IMG/VR virus record: IMGVR_UViG_3300022407_004352
Location: 15,601 to 79,600 of that record
DNA from: a virus
Lineage: Duplodnaviria; Caudoviricetes
Strand: one strand, 5' to 3'
DNA: 64,000 bases
Translations under genes and position numbers: made by a program
Part shown: one piece after another, positions 19,089 to 25,513 of the stretch
Layout of the letters: each line of letters opens with the position of its first letter
Position numbering within the stretch: position 1 is the first letter of the stretch
Notes under the pieces: generated by a model
The model's database searches: none
Seen by the model: only the letters and a program-made list of their open reading frames with translations
Told to the model about the DNA's origin: nothing

Positions 19089-19316
19089 ATGAAAATAACC
19101 ATATCAACCCTAGAAAGAGGGATGCTTACCTTCTTAGGCAGAAAGATTGCTAAAAAACACTTGCGCGACCGGATAGATGAATTGCCAGAGATATACTCGG
19201 AAGATGTGGAGGCAAGATTGGAGAATATAAGGGCTACCATAAAAGCCCTAAAGAAAGAAAGAGAAACCCTATATTTGCTAATAAACCCAAAAAGATATGA
19301 AACTAACGCAGATTGA
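19089..19316 (+). CDS. Hypothetical protein
   Basis: ORF. Confidence 0.55.
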   Translation: MKITISTLERGMLTFLGRKIAKKHLRDRIDELPEIYSEDVEARLENIRATIKALKKERETLYLLINPKRYETNAD

Positions 19317-19635
19317 ATTAGAAGGTAATAAATGCAAATTCTGCCAAAGAAAGGACCAGAAACAATTATACCTATTGGAGTCCAATTACAGACTCAAAAC
19401 CATATTATGCAACCACTGCATGTGGAGTTTGATAGAACAATTCAATGAGGCGAGAATCAATGGCATAGAAGGAAAAGAGCCAGAATTGAAATTAATCAGA
19501 TGGGCGGATCACCATTACCCACCTATTAATCTCAATGAAAACGCCAATGAGGTGGCTAGATTGGTACAAGAGATCAAGAGATTAAGACTGGGAAAGAAAA
19601 ACCACTCGGTAAAGAAGGGCAAGAAGAGAAAATAA
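19297..19635 (+). CDS. Zn-finger hypothetical protein
   Basis: CKFC...CNHC. Confidence 0.6.
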   Translation: MKLTQIELEGNKCKFCQRKDQKQLYLLESNYRLKTILCNHCMWSLIEQFNEARINGIEGKEPELKLIRWADHHYPPINLNENANEVARLVQEIKRLRLGKKNHSVKKGKKRK

Positions 19636-19667
19636 CCATCTAATACTCAACGATCTAGATTCAAAAG

Positions 19668-19697
19668 AGGCTCATAGATATTCTATGGGCCTTTTCT
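19668..19697 (+). terminator. Intrinsic terminator
   Basis: AGGCTCATAGA/TCTATGGGCCT stem + TTTCT. Confidence 0.7.
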
Positions 19698-19751
19698 ATG
19701 TGTTATATAAGAGGCCACAACCCTCTTATCTCTTTAAAAAAAAACATAAAT

Positions 19752-20582
19752 ATGAGTACAATAAGAATACCAAGACCAACAGGACTAACTAATATGATTA
19801 AGAATCATAGTAGGATAAAGGATGAGAGAATGAGAGGAAAGGAACTAAAGAGAATAAAGGAGCATGTAATAAACCAATACATCAGAGAAGGCTTTAGACT
19901 CAACGGAGAGACTAAGGACATAGGAGACATAGGAAGGTATTTAGGTGAAACCGAGAAATGGGTATTACAAAGGATACAGAGATTTGGAACACTATTGGAA
20001 GGAAAGGACCAAGATGGGCTCAGTAAGGCATTAAAAGCGATGTCTTTACAGGCTTCTATGGCAAGCCGAAGTATTATTATGGCCCAGGCAACCTACCTGT
20101 TTGAGAGTCAATCAGTTGAGTACCAGAAATCAAACCCGGGAAAGAAGAATGGCTATGTACCTTTCCTTACATCAGAGGTAAATCGAAGCCTTGCCAACCT
20201 AATTGCAAGCGATAATACCTTACTCAACCTACTGAAGATTGTTGCCCCACCTGCCAAGAACAGCCCTACCATACAAATTAACAACCAACAGGCTAACCTA
20301 GGTAATCAGCCCTCTACGGAGACCCTAATCAATATCAATCAGGCCGTACAGCTAATAGACAAAGGCCGTGAGGCTACCTTACTAGAGGATGATGGGCTCC
20401 AAAATAGGCTCTTGGCTCAGCACATTACCCCTGATGTACCTGAAGTAATAGCTACGCAGCAAAGAGGGTTTAATGCCACTAATGAGGCAGCAGGCCTTAA
20501 AAAGAAGCCTAAAAAGGTACAATTACATGAGATTCGCTCTGAATCGGATGGAGAGATCATCAACCCTGAAATCATAGAATAG
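19752..20582 (+). CDS. Putative terminase small subunit
   Basis: N-terminal HTH-like segment (DIGDIGRYLGETEKWVLQRIQ), helical core, TIQINNQQ beta tail typical of TerS. No TerS candidate lies next to TerL. ATG 19752 preferred. Confidence 0.4.
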   Translation: MSTIRIPRPTGLTNMIKNHSRIKDERMRGKELKRIKEHVINQYIREGFRLNGETKDIGDIGRYLGETEKWVLQRIQRFGTLLEGKDQDGLSKALKAMSLQASMASRSIIMAQATYLFESQSVEYQKSNPGKKNGYVPFLTSEVNRSLANLIASDNTLLNLLKIVAPPAKNSPTIQINNQQANLGNQPSTETLININQAVQLIDKGREATLLEDDGLQNRLLAQHITPDVPEVIATQQRGFNATNEAAGLKKKPKKVQLHEIRSESDGEIINPEIIE

Positions 20583-20610
20583 GCTACATACCTTACCATA
20601 TATAGTGGAA

Positions 20611-20760
20611 TTTTGCGCGCTTATAGGTCAGGTATGGCCAAAGGGCCCAATTTGGCCAGCTGGTTGCGAAGTTCGGTATGGCCATTTTAGGTATGGCCAG
20701 CCGGCCGGACCCGCCACGAGGAGAGGGTATGGCAGAAAGCCATGAATTTTAGGGTACAAA
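20611..20760. repeat. GC-rich module A (4x GGTATGGC, 6x GGCC)
   Basis: GGTATGGC at 20631, 20675, 20690 and 20726; homologous to 21431-21490. Confidence 0.8.
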
Positions 20761-20788
20761 GCCCCTTGATTGAGATATGCATTATATC

Positions 20789-20822
20789 TATATTTGATCC
20801 ATAATTAAAAATCAATCAAATG
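20789..20822 (+). promoter_or_regulatory. Promoter-leader cassette (TATATTTG + ATAATTAAAAATCAATCAAATG)
   Basis: Exact -7 box. Confidence 0.7.
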
Positions 20823-21065
20823 AAAAAGAATGACCTTATTACCCAATCTCTCATAGATGATCTAAGAGAGAAGATTCAGAAAACCCCGGATTTAGGAATC
20901 CGACAGACCCACCTCAATATTCTTGAGGTTATGGAGGCATGCATTGGAAATTCATTAGATTCCCTTTTGAATACCCTCTTTGATGAATGGGATGAAGATG
21001 AGGCAATGTATGGCTTCTCTCCAAAAGAATTCCTGATATTTGATACCATGTACCTAAGAGATTAA
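20820..21065 (+). CDS. Small acidic hypothetical protein
   Basis: First ORF of a cassette; acidic C-half (FDEWDEDE). Confidence 0.65.
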   Translation: MKKNDLITQSLIDDLREKIQKTPDLGIRQTHLNILEVMEACIGNSLDSLLNTLFDEWDEDEAMYGFSPKEFLIFDTMYLRD

Positions 21066-21070
21066 AAGCC

Positions 21071-21367
21071 ATGAAAAAGATAAAAGACCATGATATTGAG
21101 CTCATCGGCATTAAGATCAAAGCCCGATTAGAAGAAGCCCGAACCAGCAACCATCATTTTATTGCCTTCTATGAAAGGATGCAGAAAATTCAGAATGAGG
21201 CTGAGTCCCTAATAACCCATTGGAAAGAAAACCCTGTGGACCATGAGGGAATCCTGAATGATAGCCTCAATACCCTCATCGAAGAGATGCTGGACATACC
21301 GGACCTGAATCATGCAGACCTTGCCCAATATCTTATACACTACTACACCATAACCGAAAAGGCATGA
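21071..21367 (+). CDS. Hypothetical helical protein
   Basis: ORF followed by a terminator. Confidence 0.65.
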   Translation: MKKIKDHDIELIGIKIKARLEEARTSNHHFIAFYERMQKIQNEAESLITHWKENPVDHEGILNDSLNTLIEEMLDIPDLNHADLAQYLIHYYTITEKA

Positions 21368-21383
21368 TTGATTGGTTTGGATT

Positions 21384-21405
21384 AGCCCCGAAAGGGGCTT
21401 TTCTT
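21384..21405 (+). terminator. Intrinsic terminator
   Basis: AGCCCC-GAAA-GGGGCT-TTTCTT. Confidence 0.9.
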
Positions 21406-21430
21406 GTGTTATTAGCCTATTAATATATCA

Positions 21431-21565
21431 ATTTGCGCGCCTAACACGACCCATAGGGTATTGGGCCCACACTGGCCGACTGGTCTGGCATGGCCGAGAC
21501 TGGCCTTGATCCACCGAAATTGGCGCGCTTGGTCGAGAGGTTTTAGGCACCAGGCCAGAGGGGCA
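21431..21565. repeat. GC-rich module B (2x GCGCGC, 5x GGCC)
   Basis: TTTGCGCGC-N22-GGGCCCA-N3-TGGCC-N2-CTGGT, same spacing as module A, 820 bp downstream. Confidence 0.8.
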
Positions 21566-21597
21566 GGAAATTTGCCTCGAAAATAGATTTTTGAAAT

Positions 21598-21644
21598 TCG
21601 GATATTTTTCCGATATTTGATCAAATAAAAAAATCAATCAAATG
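21598..21644 (+). promoter_or_regulatory. TCGGA-N6-TCCGA palindrome + GATATTTG -7-like box + AAAAATCAATCAAATG leader
   Basis: Palindrome 21598-21613 overlaps the box at 21612-21619. Confidence 0.6.
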
Positions 21645-21821
21645 AAAAATTCAAAAAAATCATTTTATCCGGAATCATTAAATTCGGATCAATTAGAAAT
21701 TCTTATGCATATCAATGCAAAGGAAGAGAAAAAAGAAAATCTGATCTATGCATGGATCGGATTTATCCTATTTGAAATATGCATTATTGCCCCTATCTTT
21801 TATCTTTATTATCTTGCATAA
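21642..21821 (+). CDS. 59-aa membrane protein (not in ORF track)
   Basis: MKNSKKSFYPESLNSDQLEILMHINAKEEKKENLIYAWIGFILFEICIIAPIFYLYYLA; canonical leader; C-terminal TM helix. Confidence 0.75.
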   Translation: MKNSKKSFYPESLNSDQLEILMHINAKEEKKENLIYAWIGFILFEICIIAPIFYLYYLA

Positions 21822-21822
21822 A

Positions 21823-21851
21823 TCGGATTAATATCCGATATTTGAATTATG
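21823..21851 (+). promoter_or_regulatory. Second TCGGA-N6-TCCGA palindrome + GATATTTG box
   Basis: Palindrome 21823-21838 and box 21837-21844, just before the ATG at 21849. Confidence 0.5.
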
Positions 21852-22265
21852 AAAAAATCAATCAAAAAATCAGAAGAGATTCAAGGAATCAAATCTGAAA
21901 TCAAAATCAAAAAATCTCAAAAATTGGATTCTGCAAATCTTTCAAAGATCAAAGAAGAATCTAAAGGATCAGAAGAGAAAAAAGGGAATCTTTATATTGG
22001 ATTTTCTTCCTTATCTTCAAATGATCAGAAAAAAGAGAGATCAAAATTAAGGAGAAAATTGGAAAATTTCAGAAAGGAGATTTTAGGGAAAGATCGGAAA
22101 AAGGAAGAGAAGGAAGAGGGATTAAAATCTTTCATTCAATTCTATAAAAAGAATTGGAAGATTCAAGATTTTAAATTTGAAAATTTCTCTCATCAAAAGG
22201 ATGAAGATTTTAAATCCGATTGGATCGAAATTCTTTCCAATGCAAAGAAATCCTTAGAGAAATAA
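21849..22265 (+). CDS. Lys/Glu/Ser-rich putative DNA-binding protein lacking Thr, Val, Pro and Cys
   Basis: LYIG..LSSNDQKKERSKLRRKL resembles the motif of 12475-12783; followed by a terminator. Confidence 0.75.
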   Translation: MKKSIKKSEEIQGIKSEIKIKKSQKLDSANLSKIKEESKGSEEKKGNLYIGFSSLSSNDQKKERSKLRRKLENFRKEILGKDRKKEEKEEGLKSFIQFYKKNWKIQDFKFENFSHQKDEDFKSDWIEILSNAKKSLEK

Positions 22266-22282
22266 ATAAGGATTGAAAAATG

Positions 22283-22318
22283 AAATCCGATAGATTTATC
22301 CTCTATCGGATTTTTTTT
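22283..22318 (+). terminator. Intrinsic terminator
   Basis: AAATCCGATAGA/TCTATCGGATTT stem + T-run. Confidence 0.85.
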
Positions 22319-22347
22319 ATCCTTTCCATCCTACACACCCTATCCTG

Positions 22348-22418
22348 TTTCTACTGCCATAAAATTTATGTAAAGCCCCCTATAAGCACCCCGGGTTTTT
22401 CTACTGCCATAAAATTTA
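22348..22418. repeat. Two 21-bp direct repeats TTTCTACTGCCATAAAATTTA
   Basis: 22348-22368 and 22398-22418, period 50 bp. Confidence 0.9.
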
Positions 22419-22442
22419 GGCTCATATGCGAAAGGGGCTCTG

Positions 22443-22622
22443 TTAATATACCTTAATCACTATTATCTGCTTACCCAGCTCCCATTGGTCTAACCCCCTT
22501 TGAAACTCCGGAAACTCATCTTTTATATGCTCCTCTGCTCTAAACCTGGATTCCTTAACTGCCGAGATACGAAGGAACTTGTCATCTGCATACACCATTA
22601 CTACATAGTATCTCTTTTTCAT
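22443..22622 (-). CDS. 59-aa hypothetical protein (not in ORF track)
   Basis: MKKRYYVVMVYADDKFLRISAVKESRFRAEEHIKDEFPEFQRGLDQWELGKQIIVIKVY; ATGA overlap with the upstream gene. Confidence 0.6.
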   Translation of the reverse strand: MKKRYYVVMVYADDKFLRISAVKESRFRAEEHIKDEFPEFQRGLDQWELGKQIIVIKVY

Positions 22623-22861
22623 GTTAACGTGATTAAGTCCGCTGCATCTACTACGAGATTCATTGGCTGTAAGGGTTGATTAAAGGAAAGAACCATAACA
22701 TATAGTTTCCGAGTCTTACAAAACTGTTGAAACTCCTCCTCACTCATTTCCCAACAAGTGAGTATCTCACCATCCGGAAACTTCATGGCCGGTAATTCCT
22801 GATATGCAGCTTGATCTTTCCCATAGATTACGTTACTTCCTGTAAATGTGGTGGGTCTCAT
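22619..22861 (-). CDS. Hypothetical phage protein
   Basis: NVIYGKDQ..YQELPA...GEILTCW..SEEE...L.V..FNQPLQP. Confidence 0.7.
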   Translation of the reverse strand: MRPTTFTGSNVIYGKDQAAYQELPAMKFPDGEILTCWEMSEEEFQQFCKTRKLYVMVLSFNQPLQPMNLVVDAADLITLT

Positions 22862-22878
22862 AATTGTAGTTATAATAC

Positions 22879-23196
22879 TTAGTTTCGTCCATACTTCAGG
22901 ATATGATAGCTTTTATCAGCCAGTAAAGCACCCGTGATGTCTATTTGCATAGTATCCAAAGGATTCACCATTAAACCTAGCTTCTTTTCTACTACTATCC
23001 CTACTAATCCCGCCTTCACCATGTAGATACGGTAGAATACTAGAATTTCAGGTTTAGCAACTCTTGGTACCTTAACTACTATGTTGGCCGATATTTTACC
23101 ATCTTCACTCAAGTGGTATGACAACTCCGGATGTACTCTGTCCGATAAAGCCAGACCCTTGAATTTAACTCTTACATGCAATGCTACTTTAGTCAT
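22879..23196 (-). CDS. Hypothetical protein
   Basis: ORF. Confidence 0.6.
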   Translation of the reverse strand: MTKVALHVRVKFKGLALSDRVHPELSYHLSEDGKISANIVVKVPRVAKPEILVFYRIYMVKAGLVGIVVEKKLGLMVNPLDTMQIDITGALLADKSYHILKYGRN

Positions 23197-23326
23197 TTCT
23201 CTCTTGTTTAAATTTTAAAATTATACCAAACATAGGTATAGGGAACACATACAGCCATTTCTTTTTAGAGTCCCAAAAGAACCCTACCCATAGGTCATAC
23301 CACGCAAAGATTAATTTTATTTTCAT
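23189..23326 (-). CDS. 45-aa hydrophobic hypothetical protein (not in ORF track)
   Basis: MKIKLIFAWYDLWVGFFWDSKKKWLYVFPIPMFGIILKFKQERND; overlaps the next start. Confidence 0.65.
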   Translation of the reverse strand: MKIKLIFAWYDLWVGFFWDSKKKWLYVFPIPMFGIILKFKQERND

Positions 23327-23591
23327 AGTTTCTCTTTTTTAAATTGTTCATGGCTATTTGGAATTAGGTGTGTAAAATCATAACCATTCATTTACAATTT
23401 TCACATAAAGAGCGGGTGAGACGGTTGCCAAATCTAACTTTATCATCTCATCCACCAATTTCATTCTTGATTCATGACACCGTTTAATAGCTCTGCTTTT
23501 TTCCTTACTATTTATTTTGTGATCGTACAGTACGAGTAAAAGTTTTTTCTTTTCGCTCTTTGTCATAGTTTCTCTTTTTTAAATTGTTCAT
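23323..23591. repeat. 29-bp direct repeats flanking one gene
   Basis: TCATAGTTTCTCTTTTTTAAATTGTTCAT at 23323-23351 and 23563-23591. Confidence 0.9.
23378..23566 (-). CDS. Hypothetical protein
   Basis: Lies between the 29-bp repeats. Confidence 0.55.
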   Translation of the reverse strand: MTKSEKKKLLLVLYDHKINSKEKSRAIKRCHESRMKLVDEMIKLDLATVSPALYVKIVNEWL

Positions 23592-24153
23592 ACCAATACT
23601 CTTTAGCAGCCTGTGATTTGGCTCCTGCGATGAGTTCCTTTTCAAATCCATTAATGATGGTATTCATATACTCAACATACAACTGACTTGCTATATAAGG
23701 CTTCTGACCTGCATTTAATTTATCGGCTGCCATTTGCTGAATCGCTAAACTCTTTTGTTTTACAGCTTCTTCAATTGGTTGTTGCTTTGGTTTAATCAGG
23801 TCTTTCGTTGAGTATCTTTTTAATCTGTCATCTAACTTCTCCTTTGGCACAAGGATGGCGACTAAATTACAGTGCTTACCGTCACAGGGGACATTAGTAC
23901 ATTCTTTTTGTACTTCATATCCCTCAGGTATAGGATAGGACTTGCCTTTAAATAGGCCACCACGTTTTTCATCCTGAATAAGTATATTTTCGATTTCACG
24001 TTGATTCTTAAAATAAACCGCATCACGCTTGGCGGCTTCAAGTGCTGCTTTATATCTTTCAACTCCATCATCATCTATAACATACAGACTTTGATCAGGC
24101 ATCTCATAAGCAAAGATTCTTTCTTGCTCGTCAAGTTCTATTGTGTTTATCAT
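23563..24153 (-). CDS. Hypothetical protein
   Basis: ORF. Confidence 0.6.
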   Translation of the reverse strand: MINTIELDEQERIFAYEMPDQSLYVIDDDGVERYKAALEAAKRDAVYFKNQREIENILIQDEKRGGLFKGKSYPIPEGYEVQKECTNVPCDGKHCNLVAILVPKEKLDDRLKRYSTKDLIKPKQQPIEEAVKQKSLAIQQMAADKLNAGQKPYIASQLYVEYMNTIINGFEKELIAGAKSQAAKEYWYEQFKKEKL

Positions 24154-24428
24154 TTTAGTTTTTTTATACCTCTTGACTCCTGATTTCTTGCCTTGGAGAT
24201 AATCTTAAGCATCCTAGCCATCAAATCCTCTAGCTCTACGATCTTTCTCATCTGCTCCACATCCAATACCCGGATTTGGCTTTTTTGTCCCGCTTTCTCC
24301 AACTCTTTAGCACGGTGGATAGTATTAGTCTCAATAAACCCACAACGAATGGATAATGCTGTATATATCTCTTCTGCTTCTTTCCCTGTAAGGTCTCCGG
24401 GTTCTTGATTATCTTTTGCTGTTCTCAT
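24150..24428 (-). CDS. Hypothetical protein
   Basis: Coupled ORF. Confidence 0.6.
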   Translation of the reverse strand: MRTAKDNQEPGDLTGKEAEEIYTALSIRCGFIETNTIHRAKELEKAGQKSQIRVLDVEQMRKIVELEDLMARMLKIISKARNQESRGIKKLK

Positions 24429-24432
24429 ATAC

Positions 24433-24849
24433 TTAGCTGTTGGATTCTGGTATTTTAATTAATGGTGTAACTGAAATGTCGAGGTAATACTGGGGGTCTT
24501 TTATATACTCCAAAGGTTCTAGGAGATCACCGGCTTGATTTCTCAAATATCCCCCACGATTCAGATTTATAACATAGGATTTCCGTCCACCAGGCAATAT
24601 TTTAGGATCATCTAGTGATTTTTTATCTTTATCGGATAGATTTCCACCCAATAGATGCTTTTTTAATGCTAGAATCAATGATTTTTCAGATTTAGGGTTA
24701 TTTACCCAAGGTATAGCAATAAGGTCTAAATCTCTCTTCATGCTCCCATGAATTACTAGATTATAGCCCATCCTTTTGGCAATTTTCTTTAATGCCAAAA
24801 AGGTATAAGCATAAAATTGGGGCTTTACATGTATGGACTTTCTTTTCAT
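24433..24849 (-). CDS. Hypothetical protein, possible minimal nucleotidyltransferase-like fold
   Basis: GYNLVIHGSMKRDLDLIAIPW (GS..RDxD pattern). Confidence 0.4.
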   Translation of the reverse strand: MKRKSIHVKPQFYAYTFLALKKIAKRMGYNLVIHGSMKRDLDLIAIPWVNNPKSEKSLILALKKHLLGGNLSDKDKKSLDDPKILPGGRKSYVINLNRGGYLRNQAGDLLEPLEYIKDPQYYLDISVTPLIKIPESNS

Positions 24850-25232
24850 AGGTCTTTTCTCATAAAGTTTTGTATCACATCATGTCCTACTTTCAATTCC
24901 CATAGGGGGTTACTTCTTATAAAGCTCCATTCCAGTATAAAATCCTTTGCAAAGACTCGATGACCATCGGGCATATGGTAGATTCCTTTTATAGCCACAA
25001 GATTTTTCTGATCCTGTTCGGTAGCATTAGGGGGTAAAGGTTGTTGATAGAGATAAACTGTATATTCTTTATCCTGTACATAAAGATTCACCTCCGTGGG
25101 GTTACTCTCAGTTCCAATGATGGGCTCATAAAGTTCGGGTTCTTTCATGCCTACCCGAATAAACCTACCGGCTAAATAAGCAGTACCTAGTGAAACAAGA
25201 AGAGTTCCCAATACTAATAGAAATACTGTCAT
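24846..25232 (-). CDS. Membrane-anchored hypothetical protein
   Basis: N-terminal TM segment. Confidence 0.6.
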   Translation of the reverse strand: MTVFLLVLGTLLVSLGTAYLAGRFIRVGMKEPELYEPIIGTESNPTEVNLYVQDKEYTVYLYQQPLPPNATEQDQKNLVAIKGIYHMPDGHRVFAKDFILEWSFIRSNPLWELKVGHDVIQNFMRKDL

Positions 25233-25513
25233 ACTGTTGGTTTTAGATTTGAATAAGCATAATACTTAACTATATAATAATAACCTCCACCCATGTTTAC
25301 TGAGAAATACCGTCCGGGGCCAAACTGGTGAACCTTGGTAAGAGTATCAGCAATATTCTTGCTCCATACGGCTACAGTCTTATTAGCATGGATATTATTT
25401 ATCAGTTGGTTCATTTGGTTTACGTACCGAGCATCTCCTTTGCTAGTTCCTCTCGGAGTCATTACAACATCTATCTTGTTTAGTAATGACATGATCTGCT
25501 TAGTTCTTCTCAT
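25229..25513 (-). CDS. Hypothetical protein
   Basis: Coupled ORF. Confidence 0.55.
   Translation of the reverse strand: MRRTKQIMSLLNKIDVVMTPRGTSKGDARYVNQMNQLINNIHANKTVAVWSKNIADTLTKVHQFGPGRYFSVNMGGGYYYIVKYYAYSNLKPTV

Larger units (their letters stand above)
21550..22333. other. AC/GT-dinucleotide-free island (784 bp)
   Basis: Read base by base, including across line breaks. The last AC is at 21549-50 and the next at 22333-34; no GT lies between. Confidence 0.95.

Noticed and set aside
21412-21637. Minus-strand ORFs 21412-21624 and 21428-21637
   Set aside because: They arise from the GC-rich repeat module, run against the local gene direction and have no leader.
21550-22333. AC/GT absence as a low-complexity or assembly artefact
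   Set aside because: All four bases and the reverse steps CA/TG are common. The segment is non-repetitive and carries the same promoter, leader and terminator style as the rest of the early block.
21550-22333. General restriction-site avoidance or DarT (TNTC) avoidance as the cause
   Set aside because: GATC (10x), CCGG, TCGA, TGCA and TCTC are all present.
22348-22418. Repeat-spacer-repeat as a mini CRISPR array
   Set aside because: Only two 21-bp copies, non-palindromic, with no cas genes or leader.
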